Notes under the pieces: generated by a model
What the model was told of the DNA's origin: nothing
Database searches by the model: none
The model's input: the letters and a program-made list of their open reading frames with translations, nothing else
From: Vicugna vicugna
Taxonomy: Eukaryota
Direction of reading: 5' to 3'
Assembly: GCA_013265495.1 (NCBI GenBank)
Contig: MU058451.1
Location: 417,023-481,022 of the forward strand
DNA length: 64,000 bases
In this document: positions 39,166 to 51,003 of the stretch, piece by piece
Position numbering within the stretch: position 1 is the first letter of the stretch
How the letters are laid out: every line of letters starts with the position of its first letter
Position numbers and translations under genes: made by a program

Positions 39166-40670
39166 AGAACTGCCACTTCCATAAAAAGGTAGTTTTCTAT
39201 AACCGACAAAATTAAATGCTTATTACAGGTGATAGTCGACTATTGCGTGTAGCAAATGGCATCCAGTTTTGTTCTGATTAACTTTGTACACCTGTTCCCT
39301 CGCTCCCGTTCTTTTTCTCTTCTCGTCCCTTCTCAATTAAAGAAATTCTCATGTACTGGGAAAACCTCTGATGGGTAACTTGTTGAGGCCTCTGGAGCTC
39401 AAACGTGCCTTAAAGTAAAAAGCTAGATAAAATGAAAAATTCACTGCTCAAGGGATGTGTTCTCTGATGGAATGTTTCTTAGACTACTTAGGATTTTCTT
39501 TCCCTCGGTTTGATTTTAATGGTTTTCAGCTTCACAATGGCTGGGGCGAAAAAAAAAAAAAAAGATGGCTGTGGAGGAGAGACTTCCAAGGGATTCAGTG
39601 CGACACAGCCTCCTCACCTGGGCCTGCAGTGACGCACAGTGATGGGGACAGTGGGGATTTTTTTAGACGTTATGCACAAAAGCAAAGTCAACTGGAAACT
39701 GAGACAGTTTCCCGAGGCCTCCAGCGACCTCCCCCTGACTTGTTTGTGTTTTGCAGATATACACCACCTGGCCCCAAATTGTCCTGATAATTCTGTGTCG
39801 GGCATTTCGCCTACTTCCAGAGTGCAGGCCCAGGACGCCTCCACCCTGCCCTTGACCGATGGCAAAGCCGGGGTCTGGCTTGGCCGGCAGGAGCAATAGG
39901 CTCCAGGGCAGGAGAGAAGCCATCACTCCAGGAGACACGGGGACTTCTACCTTCTAATGCTGTGACCCCAAAGGTGGAGTTAAAGGAGCCAGGTGCAGAC
40001 CAAGGCCAGGCAATTGCACGTGCTGTTTTTAGGTCCTATGTTTGGTCCACGTGATTTGAGTGGGGACACACATCCTCTCTATGCATTGGTTTCCAATTGA
40101 CAAAATGAAATGAGATTGCAGGCAGGGGAGCTGCTCAGGCAAAGGCCAGGGAAAGAATGCTACAAACTGAGCATTCTCAGCAGCGCTGACAATGCTGGGG
40201 GGAAGGGGTGCAGAATTCTTTCCTAGATGTTATCTCTGACTCCGTGCAATTCCCTGAGCACTTAAGCTATTTCTGTGGCCCCAGCTTTCTCAAGCATAGA
40301 CAGGTAATGATACTTTGTTCTCTCTCCTTCCATTATATGGGCTCTGTGAGGATAAAATAGCAAGTTAATGAGATTTAAAATAGGAAGAAAATGTTTCAGA
40401 AGCCTTTAATGTACCCTGAGATTTTCAGGTCCTGATTAAATAGGAATTATTGTTTTGAGAAAAATCTGTATAGCTCATATGATGTCCATTAGTTTCCTCG
40501 AGAGCTGTATTTACCTGACAAGTTCTTTTTCCTTTCTGCACAAACATGGAGGGAAAACGGAGGCAAAGTAAAATAGTAAGAACAAGAAAGCCTGAAAACG
40601 GAAGTTTGGGTCAGCACGTTAAGCTCAGACCCATATTCTGACTGGAACTAGCATTAAAACTCCTCTCTGA

Positions 40671-40775
40671 AAAATTGTGCTGAACACTGGAATTTGACAC
40701 AACATTGTAAAATGATTATAAATCAATAAAAAAGTTAAAAAATATAAATCAGCTCTCTGAATTGTAAAAAAAAAA
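40671..40775 (+). mobile_element. Very short young L1 3' end with perfect 15-bp TSD
   Basis: aaaattgtgctgaacactggaatttgacacaacattgtaaaatgattataaatcaataaaaa; TSD aaaactcctctctga at 40656-40670 and 40776-40790. Confidence 0.92.
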
Positions 40776-42649
40776 AAAACTCCTCTCTGATAGACTTGGG
40801 ACAACGCATTTAATAGGGTGACTTAAATGTCCACCCTCATGTGGGGAAACAGTACAATTTTATCTTGGGAAAGCTCTGAGAACACACTTCTTAAACACAT
40901 GCAGTCCTGAGGACATTTCCTGGAAAACCATTGGCCTTTGCCTGGGACAGTTGCATCACACAGAAATGTTTGTGGTTCAGGTTTATAAGTAACAACAGGA
41001 TCTGAAGCCAACGTACAACTTTTATTCAGTTCAACCAGATGCCAGATCTAAAATAGTAGGCACTTTCCTAATTGTACTTCAGAAAAAAGTTTACTAAGTT
41101 ATGCAGGATTCCTCTCCTCCCTCCATAATAAGCCAACATAATCAAGACAATTAACTACCTTCTGAAGGACCCAAGTGTATTTAGTTAAGTCAGACTGTGG
41201 CTGACTGACTTGCCTGTGTGCCTTTCTTCTCTTTTGTTCTAAAACTACATCTAGAAAGGAGGGAAATGGCCAACAAATGTGCATACATTTTCCACCGAAT
41301 TTTATGTTGCAAATATTTAGCTTAGAGCTAAATGGACTCTGAGGGAAAGTGTTCTTTTCTAAATGTTATAAAACTATGTTCATTCCAGAAGGCAAACAAG
41401 ATTAATAACAGTGAGCACTCGCTGTGGAGGAAGGGGGACCTGGAGGGAGACTCCACCTTTTCGTCGGTTTTTGATGTCGGCACGAATGTTAATTACTCAC
41501 CCCAAATTAAAACGCTACTAAAAAAATGTTTACTTATGGGGAAATAGATTGGCAGTGAAGAATGAGGAACTAGAGTTTTTTTTTTAATGGAACCACTCTG
41601 ATGTTTTTGTATTTTTGCAATGTGTATAAATAAATAAGTAAATAATAAATAAATGTGCATTCATAGTGAAAAAGAATGAACAACAGGAAACAACAAAAAC
41701 TTCTGCATTCCCCACTCCCCAAAGAAGAAGGGATGAACCTTCAGTGACTTCCACACACATGTGGAGCTCTTCCCCATGTGCCAGAGAGCCACTCCCCAGT
41801 TGTGGGATGACGGGAAAGGACAAAGTCCGTTAGAAAGTCCAAGCCAAATGGTGATTTCCCTGTACAGCTTTCACTGTGCAGACGTAATAGGGTTACACAT
41901 TCTCTGTGAAAAAGCTACAGACAGATTTCACCAGTCAACAGATCACCCTGCACCAAAACTGTAAAACCACTTTAACACTTACTTCAGATATTATTAAATG
42001 TGACAAAGTATTTGAAAGATCAACCAAATAAACTGTTCCTAGGAAAGGTTTCCAATAGAATACTTCTTGAATAACGCTGCTTTTCTTAGGTCATGGGGAT
42101 TGAATTAAGACACTGAAACACAAAGTCAGGATGAAAACCTACACTTTTAGCGAAATACACTTATAGAAGCCTCTAGATTTGATAGTATTTCTCAATCCTT
42201 ATTTTTTCTTTGGTACATAGAAAAACTGAAAAAGATTGTCTGCTTTATGTGGCAGAGAATATTTACATGTGGGTACTACAGATGTGACAAGATTCCAGAT
42301 TTGACATGTATTCTAAATACCACATGTCCATTCATTCAGCCATCAGTCACTCATCTTACTACCCATGAGCCTCTGCATGAGCAGCTCTGAAGATAAAGGA
42401 ATAATAAGACCCCACTGGATGAGGGGAGGCTGATGTGAAAATCAGAGGGGTCACAGGCTGGCATGATATGTAAGGCAGTGTCCTGTAGGCACAGGTGTAC
42501 TCTGAGTGAGTCAGGAAGGAAAATAACACCTCTCCTGGAGGGCGGTGGTGGAGCGGAAAAAGAGCGGTGCATATAAAGCTCTTAACCCAAACCTGACACA
42601 TCATAAAGGATTACTAAGTGTTAGTTGTTATAAAGAAGGTAGCAGATGC

Positions 42650-42797
42650 AGGGAGGGTATAGCTCAGACGTAGAGTACATGCTTAGCGTGCACAAGGTCC
42701 TGGGTTCAATCCCTAGTACCTCCATAATAAGTAAATAAATAAATCTAATTACTTACCCCCTCAAAAAAAAAACAAAAACAAAAACCACAAGGGAAAA
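42650..42797 (+). mobile_element. tRNA-derived SINE (Vic-1-like), long form
   Basis: gggagggtatagctcag...gtcctgggttcaatccctagtacctcc...aatctaattacttaccccc plus A-tail; TSD aaagaaggtagcaga / aaagaagatagcaga. Confidence 0.93.
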
Positions 42798-43074
42798 AAA
42801 GAAGATAGCAGACTTACAGAGTGTTTTGGGAGCATCTCAGAAGAATATATAACTTAGTCTGAAAGTGAGGGAGAGAGAAGAAGAGAGAAAGAGGAAACAC
42901 TAAGAAGATGTACTTTGAAAGCTAGTTGATAATTTCTAGAATGGCATTAGGGTCATAAACAATAAGTTGATGATCTTAAATCGAAGGAAGGCTGGATTTT
43001 GTCATGAGCTTGGATTAAAGCAGGGACACATCACTTACCTACTAGAACAAAAAAAAAAAAAACCAAGGAAACCT

Positions 43075-43272
43075 TTGTTACCATTGACATTTTAGACTGG
43101 ATAATGCTTTGTTGTGGGGGCTGCAATGTGTACTGTAAAATGTTTAGCAGCATCCTTCATCTCTACCTATGAGATGCCCAGAAGCAGCTTCCTGGTTGTG
43201 ACAACCAAAAATGTGTCCAGCCATTGTCCAATGTGCCCTGGGGGTCAAAATCACCCCCAATTAAGAGCCATC
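43075..43272. mobile_element. MER20 hAT-Charlie element
   Basis: attgacattttagactggataatgctttgttgtgggg...gttgtgacaaccaaaaatgtgtccag...ggggtcaaaatcacccccaattaagagcca. Confidence 0.9.
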
Positions 43273-43281
43273 GCCTTAGTC

Positions 43282-43440
43282 GGGGGAGGGTACAGCTCCG
43301 TGGTAGAGTGCCTGTTTAGCATGCACAAGTTCCTGGGATCAATCCCCAGACCTCCATTAAAATAAATAAGTAAATATATAAACCTAATTACCACCCCCTC
43401 AAAAACAAACAAACAAAAAAAGGCTTTGAAAAAAAAAAAA
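43282..43440 (+). mobile_element. tRNA-derived SINE (Vic-1-like), long form, inserted at the MER20 end
   Basis: gggggagggtacagctccgtggtagag...cctgggatcaatccccagacctcc...aacctaattaccaccccc; degenerate TSD aagagccatcgccttag / aagaactgctaccttag. Confidence 0.92.
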
Positions 43441-44147
43441 AAGAACTGCTACCTTAGACCAAGATAATTTCATTAAGTATCTATAAATTTTGTTAAGCTA
43501 TTAAGCAAATGGAAAATTGAGACTGAGAGAGAACCAACTTAAATATTTTCCTCTTATTTCGATTGCTGCTAAATGTACTGGGATGAAAACTATCAAATTA
43601 ATATGTCTAGAGAGTGGTTTCTTCTCATTTCCATTTGCCAGTCATAACAGGGTCTGAGACATAATCCGGGAAAATGGCTCAGATCTGACACGGACACCAC
43701 TCACTCAGGGAAGTGACTATCCTAGCTTCTCATACTTCTATTAACTTAAGCTTTCTTTGCAGAAACTGTAAAGGGTTTTTCAGTCATCAAAGCCACCAGC
43801 TACAACACTGCTGACTCCAGTTCCCTGATGCCCCTCCCTGGCCTGTTGACACAGGATCCTGAAGTGGTGACCCCTGCCTTTTATCCTCTTCCCTGCACTT
43901 GACGGAAAATTGCAGAAAGCAAAGGCGACCCAGAGGTTGCTGGGAGATTTTTTGTTTCCTTGCAGAGGCTGCTGGGAGATGTTTTGTTTCCTTGATATTA
44001 ATTCTATCCTGCCTCTCACAGTACTTCTAATTGCTCAAGCAAACTGAAGTAGTAAACTGAGATTAACTGGAACTTACTATGTAACAAAAACAAAAAATAT
44101 TTTCTTTTTATCATTTTTTATAAGAAAAATGAATTCAGAAGAGGCAT

Positions 44148-44240
44148 GTTCACATGTATAACTGAAAAATTGTGCTCTACACTGGAATTTGACACAACAT
44201 TGTAAAATCACTATAACTCAATTAAAAAAATGAAAAAAAA
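44148..44240 (+). mobile_element. Very short young L1 3' end
   Basis: Same family as 40671; TSD aagaggcat at 44139-44147 and 44241-44249. Confidence 0.9.
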
Positions 44241-44559
44241 AAGAGGCATCTCCATATCTGAAAAAAAATTTTTAAATAAAACCTTCAGGATAAGAGCTGG
44301 GTATGGGATAATGAGTCAAGGGCATCCTTAATCACAATTTATTGATGAGTAGATTGATTCTTCTGCCACTGTGTAAAGGATCAAAGTGTTTTTTCTCTTT
44401 AGACAATATTATTCCAAAATAATATTGAGAGTTTTCCTTAAAAACCATATAACAAGCATGTGTATTTAATGACCCTCTCTTAGTATGAGCCCAAATCAGA
44501 GCATAGTCTACACATTTTTCTAAATTGCATTTTTTTAACCTAACAATAAAATGTGGAGA

Positions 44560-45480
44560 CAATTCTGTATCAGTTCATGATACTGTAACTCAGTCTTTTA
44601 AACAGATGCATGGTATTCTGTCACATGAACATAGCATGATTTATTTAATCAGCTCCTTTTTGGTAGACATGTAGTATTTTGTTCCTAAAAATACTGTAAT
44701 AAATATACATTTTCATATAGTCTTTGTGAGCCTTAGCATAAATGCCTAAAAATAGAGTTGCTGGGCCAAACGACAGTTTTGCATTTAAACTGTTTTTTAA
44801 CGTTAACAACTTATTTCTGGTAGAGGCAATACCAGTTTATTTTCTCACACAGCCTGAGAGTGACTGTCTCCTCATACCTCTGATGGCTTAAAAATAACTC
44901 AGTGTTTTTAAAATTTGCTTCTCTCTAATTACAAGTGAAGATGAGTATACTTTCCTATGTTTAAACAAACTTGTATGTTGTTCTGTGTGAACAAATTTTT
45001 CTCATCTTGACACATCTGTCCCTCCCCCTCCCTTCTTCCTTCTTCACGTATTTCTCTCTCTGTCTCTCTATTTTAAGGATGCTTCAAAATTAGTCTTTTT
45101 TTTTCTATCCTTTCTGCTGCAAAGATTTTTTTTTCTAAGTTTGTTTTTGGTTTTTAACTTTATAGTAGCTTTTCACCAAGAAATGTTTGCTTTATGTAGG
45201 CAAATGTATTCACTTTATTCTCTGTGGCTTTTTTCACATGTTTAAAAAGCCTGTCCTTACTTTGAGGTTGAAAAGGAAAAAATTCTCCGTGTTTTCTTCT
45301 AACACTGTCTTACTGTTCATCTTTAAATCTTTGAGCTATTGGGATTTTGTTTTTGAGTAAGGAGTGAGGTAGGAATCCAAGCTTTTTTCTCTTTTTTTCC
45401 ATATGGTTAGCCAAGTGTGTCAACACCATTTATCTTCCCTCCAAATGGAACCATCACCTTATCTTATACTACACAGTCAT
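44560..45480 (-). mobile_element. Old L1ME-type fragment
   Basis: tagagttgctgggccaaa...atttgcttctctctaattacaagtgaagatgagtatactttcc...tgagtaaggagtgaggtaggaatccaa. Confidence 0.65.
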
Positions 45481-45527
45481 ATCTAGAACTATCTCAGAAA
45501 TCTTAATTCTTTTCTGTTTATCTCTTT

Positions 45528-45601
45528 TTAAAAAAATCTGTTTTAATATATAGTGGCTAACATTTGCAAATCCCAAACTCCCAAATTTATTCCTTCCCAT
45601 C
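45528..45601 (-). mobile_element. 74-bp internal piece of L1 3' UTR with its own TSD
   Basis: Reverse complement gatgggaaggaataaatttgggagtttgggatttgcaaatgttagccactatatattaaaacaga; TSD ctgtttatctcttt (45514-45527) / ctgtttctctcttt (45602-45615). Confidence 0.8.
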
Positions 45602-46639
45602 CTGTTTCTCTCTTTCTTTTCATGTACCAGTAACAAATTTTTCATAACATGTTTTAAAATATGCTTTTTACTTATCAGTATTTTTTTGTGTGTTTACCAA
45701 TATCTCTTTCTAACTATATATGATTTATATATATATAAAATCATTCAGATATAGTAATAAAGGTACAAGGTATTAGGACACAACTGTTTTTGTACGGGGA
45801 AAATTGTGACACATGCTATTTTGAGAATCCTAACTTAAGCCATTGACTGTTTAGCTAGTTTTTAATTATCTTTCTAAAGCTGAACATGATTTAACTCTTT
45901 TAACACCCAGTTCATCTTCATTTATTATCTAATGTCTCACCTCAAGTGCTTGACGCAGAAGTCAGTTTACTGACTATAGTGCAGATGAGATGAACTGTGA
46001 TGGGTGGGGTGGGGGGTGGGGGACCAGGGGTTCCAGATAGTAACTATAGGGAGATAGAAGCCAAGTGGGGTGTGTCATCCAGGGAGCCTCAGTGGTGAAG
46101 CATTGATAGCAAGTGGCCATGGGAGAAGCGCAATCTCCCAGGCTTGTCAATTACGGGAACCACAGGAACAAAATTGTCAGGTAATGCAAAGGGTTGTTTG
46201 ATTGTATCAGAAGAAAAAAATCCAAACCTGACAAACAGGATCTTTTACCCAATTCAAACTCAATAGAGCAAGGAGTACTGGGCCCTCAGGCCAGTCCCAG
46301 ACTTGAGTTCATTAAATAATGCAAAGCATTCTTAACGAAAGGAAAGGCCAGTTACCTTTAAGGAAGACTGCTGTAAAACCACAAATGTATGTCATGAATC
46401 TTCCTCCTACTCTTCCCAAAAGAGAGCTGCTCAGGGACGCTTCCCACTGGCCCCTTTCATAGATTAGGACACTGCTGGAACCCGGAGGAAATTTGCATGG
46501 ATGATCCTGGAGATTTGGGAGCAAGTCCATGCCTCCTGAAACCATTCCCTTGTTCATATGAGAGAACTGACTTGCTACTGTGCTTACATGTTGCTCATGG
46601 CAGGGGGCGATCTGCCAGGGTTCCTGTCTCCGGTGCTAA

Positions 46640-46865
46640 CATCAAATGGATTCCATATCTACTACTTTCTAGCTGTGTTATGATTGGTAGGCACTTAATT
46701 TCTCTAAATCCCAGCTTTTCTGTAAATGGTTTTACAGAATCCATAGGTTTATCTCCAAGGGTGGTTGCGAGGATTCAATGAACAAGGACGTATCATGTAC
46801 TTTAAACATGAACTGGTACCTAGTAACTCGTCCATAAATGTTAAGGGTTGTTATTGTTATTACTG
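46640..46865 (+). mobile_element. MIR
   Basis: ctactactttctagctgtgttatgattggtaggcacttaatttctctaaatcccagcttttctgtaaatgg...ggttgcgaggattcaatga. Confidence 0.75.
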
Positions 46866-47659
46866 CAACCATTCTATTTAAAGAGCAGGATTCCATAGGG
46901 TGCAAGCAAAATACAACAATTTCTTTCCGCTACTGCCCATTTAAACCTACCCTGTAGGGTTAGCCTTGCCCTGTCCCTTGGGTGAACTCTAAGCTAAGTC
47001 CTAGGGTTACCTCTGGTCACTCTCGGGTACTATGAAGTTCTCTGTCAGGTATAGTCACAGAACAGTCATATTTCAGTTTCATGAACAAGCTTCTTGACTG
47101 TGAATTCTGGCTTCATCTGATTGAATTGCTATCCCTTTCCAAACCAGTTTGGTTTTTCCCAGTGAAGTATTGACAGAGGATGAATATACATGGACCTGGT
47201 TAATAGACAGCTGTGTTCAGTATTACAGCACACCCCAGAAATAAGTTTCAGCTTTATGGATCCTGAACAATAGTGTGGATTTCCATGAACAACGGTGAGG
47301 ATGAGGATTTCTCCTTTATGTTTCCCATATAATAAAAGGAGAATTGGACTGGATTCACATTTATAAACACTTCAGTTTGGTTTGATGAGCAGGAACATGG
47401 AAAGAGCAAGTGTGCTTACAAAGAAGAAACATATAGATTCTGTCAATGAGTTAAATATAGTAGAAATAGGTGATCAGTCACCTTCATGGTAGAGCACAGG
47501 TGGAAAGAACTAAGGAAACCAGTCATCATATGATTATATTCCTTTGTCCTGAGCAACATCCCACTCAGTGTGGCTGACTCCTCTCCTCTTGGCTTCCTAT
47601 GTATCTTCATAATCAGTTAATATAACTAATTAATAACTTGAGCATGCATCTATGTCTTG

Positions 47660-48410
47660 CAATCAAAAGAACTTTATACAATCATATTGTCCTTGAATAA
47701 TGATCTAATCTTTCTCATTCCTAATAGTTATACATCTTGGTTCTGTTTCTTGTCTTATGGCATTAGCCAGAAGTTCCAGAATATTATTAAATAATAAGAG
47801 TAATAGCAAGAATCCTTTTCTTGTTCCTGATATTTATGGGAATGCTTCTGGAGCATTTATTGTGTGCTCTATCCCTTTGAGAATTTGATAAAAATTAATT
47901 CTAGAAAAATGCACATATACAGTCGAACTGTAATAATTCTACATAATAAAACTGAAAAAGGGAAAAAAGAAATTAATTGATAAAAATTATCTTAGAACAA
48001 AAAAAGAAGAATGCACATATATACAAAATTTTTAAAATAGTTTTAGGAATTTCAAGGAACATGGGCTATGTGGAAGTTTTTGCAAATTTCATTATTAAGT
48101 ATGAAGTTGGTTATGGTTTTAAGATAATTTTTTAAAACCATATTAATAAAGATTACTTATAGTGCTCATTTAGAAATAAGTAAAAAATGAATTTCATCAA
48201 ATACCTTTTTATCATCAATCAACATATTTAAATATTCTCTCTCTTTAGTCTTGCTGGTGCTGAATTATATTAATATGCTTATCAATATCAAACTATTCTT
48301 GCATTCCTGGAATAAATTTCAGATGAATTTGATATATGTGAATTTTTCAATATTCTATCAGATTTGACTTACTACTGTTACATTTATGACTTGGCATTTG
48401 AATTTACTAA
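47660..48410 (-). mobile_element. Old L1M ORF2-derived fragments
   Basis: gcattagccagaagttccagaatattattaaataataagagtaatag...tcttgttcctgat; tcttgcattcctggaataaat. Confidence 0.65.
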
Positions 48411-49669
48411 ATGAATTATAATGCATGGTTGAAATATTTTTAAATAAAAAGAATTATAACAAAAATTATTTGTTGGTTAAACCTCAATTGGCAAGAAAAT
48501 ACTATCAGTCAAACATCTCTTTTCTAAGCATTCTGGTAAGCATTAAAGAATCAGAAGTTCAGAAAATTAAAGAGCTAAAAAGAGCAGCTGATCCAAAACT
48601 CATTTTACAGATTAGGAAGGCAGTTGCTCAGAGAGGTTAAGTGACTTATGCAAGATCACACTGCTACTGGCAGCATTGGTTGTATAAACAAGATATATAA
48701 GCAAGTTGTTGAGGCTGAAAGAGAAAATAGGGGAAAGACTTATCTCATTTCCGGTGGAACATTACTTTAATTCTATGGGAGAGTGAAAAGAATGACTAGA
48801 TTTGTTTCTGAAACAGTGAAGATTTCACAAAGAAATGGCATAAGCATTATAATAAAGACATGACTGTCATCTTCAAGAGATTAAAAACATGACTGGGCTT
48901 GATCGTCCCATATCTTTCAGTTCCAGCCCTCTCACTATCTCTGTATGTGTCCTTGGACAGTTCTCCCCAACACACACCAGGGAAGAATTCCTGCCACGAA
49001 TACACTAAATGCATTACCAACAGGGATGAGGGAAACACAGAACAAGTGAAAGAAGCTTTGAGGACAGACATTTCAGAAAGTCTCTGAATTTTAAAACTGT
49101 CTAGAACTATACCAACACATATGTAGGACCCAGACAATGTAGGGGCTTCGCTTGCTTGCCGTTTGTGCAAGTTCACGCTGCTCGTCTATTAAGGTCTGAA
49201 ACAGGGTCCTATGAATCCTGGTCAGCTTTCTTCTGAACCTGTCCACCCACCTGTTCCCTCCCTTTAACCTCATTAGCCCAGCATCAGCTGGAGCCTTGCA
49301 GAGCTGCACAACACCAGGCCTGGTGCCCAGCCCAGTACCTGACTTCACGCGTGGCTGACAGCTGACTTTCGAGGGCTGTAACGATAGGACTGAAACATCT
49401 GCTTTGTTTGGATAAGCCAGCGAGAAACTCAGCCAAACTGTTTGTTTGGTGTCATATAGCAAGACAATCAGTTAGATGACTGATTTTTTCTCCTGACTGC
49501 TGTGTTGACACTGCCTCAGATGGTAATCTGATGGTACATTTTATTGAAGCCTTGCTACAAAGAGCACCCTTAAAAATTTTTTTTAACCATTAAGGGGCTG
49601 TTATAGTCACTATTTATTTGTATCTCCAAACACTCTGCAGCAGATAAAGCAGTTAATATTATCCTAATT

Positions 49670-49873
49670 AAAAAAAAATTGAAGTATAGTTGATTTACCA
49701 GGTTGTGTTAGTTTCAGGTGTACAGCACAGTGATTCAGCTATACGTTTATATACACATTCTTTTTCATATTCTTTTTCACTACAGGTTATTACAAGATAC
49801 TGGATATAGTTCCCTGTGCTGTACAGCAGGACCTTGTTGTTTATCTAGTTTATATATAGAAAGTTGTATCTGC
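49670..49873 (-). mobile_element. 5'-truncated L1 3' UTR insertion within a MIR
   Basis: ttgaagtatagttgatttacc...ttgtatctgc; TSD aatattatcctaatt (49655-49669) / aatattacccaaatt (49874-49888). Confidence 0.92.
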
Positions 49874-50349
49874 AATATTACCCAAATTTAATAAAAGATA
49901 ACGCTGAAGCCGGAGGGACTTGATTGCTTTGCTCCAGGTCTCATAGCTTTTTAGTGGTGAAGCTAGACCCCGACGGAACCCCCAGGCACCCTGACTTTAC
50001 CTGCCCATCTCTCTTGCAGTGTAACACTGTCCCCATTTCATTAGCATTTCTTTTCTAAAAATGTATACTTTCTGGAAAGAAAGTTGTTTATCTTAGGGTT
50101 TTACACTGTTAAATACTTCCAAGCATCTGCGAACTACAAAGCATCCAGTAAATAAATGTAATGTCAGTTGTAAAAACATTTTGATGAGGAAACTTATTTA
50201 CATATATTTTGGAGGCACACTGAATACAGTTGGAATCTATTTTGAAAATAATTTGATGGATATATGGACTGTCTTAAATATCAATATATTAAATTAATAT
50301 TTATATATTAATATATTGAAACAAAACTCGGAATTTAGGACATTAAAAA

Positions 50350-50745
50350 TTTTTTTTCATCATGGGAATTTTAAACATATAGAAAAGTAGAGAGGAGTAT
50401 AATGAACCCATCACCCTTCTTCAGTGGTTGTCATCTATGGTCAGTCTTCCTTACCCCAACCCTCTACTGCCCCAACCCCTTCCTTGGATTATTTTAAAAT
50501 AAATCCCAGACATTATATCATTTCATCCATAATATTTCACTATGTATCTCTAAAACAGAAGGGGCCTTTTTCTTAAATCATAATATTATTACACTTTTTA
50601 AAAGTTATCAGTAATTTCTTAATATCATCTAATATCCAGTTAAGTGCTCAGATTTTTCTGATTGCCCCTCAAATGTCCTTTTCAGTAGGTTTGTTAAAAT
50701 CAGGATTCAAACAAGATTCAAATCTTTGTATCTCTTTTAATCTAA
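50350..50745 (-). mobile_element. Old L1ME-type 3' end
   Basis: aattttaaacatatagaaaagtagagaggagtataatgaaccca...ggattattttaaaataaatcccagacattatatcatttcatc. Confidence 0.75.
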
Positions 50746-50899
50746 TTTCTGTCAAGAGAAATATTTAAGTAACTGCTCCTGGAAAAATTATCTGGCATTC
50801 GAGGATGTAGTTACATCTATGTATACCATCCTTGATTTATTCTAAGGCAGAATTAATGGTAAGACATGTTATTATTGTAGGTATCACTTAGAAATTTAA

Positions 50900-51003
50900 A
50901 ATGCTGTCAGTTGTAATCGTAAGATGCCACTAATTATAAGATATATTCCAATTTCAGAGATATATAAATGAGAGAAATATGTCTTAAAATCAATGAAATC
51001 TAG
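50900..51003. mobile_element. MER104-like Tc2/Kanga MITE fragment
   Basis: taagatgcca...attccaatttcagagat...tgtcttaaaatcaatgaaat. Confidence 0.5.

Noticed and set aside
49091..49462. 123-aa ORF with a helical-looking segment (RWVDRFRRKLTRIHRTLFQTLIDEQRELAQ)
   Set aside because: No polypyrimidine tract before the candidate AG, weak donor and no recognised homologue; would need tBLASTn/PhyloCSF support.
50281..50319. AT-rich palindromes (also 45720-45744 and 54195-54217)
   Set aside because: Short and low-complexity; expected in AT-rich DNA.
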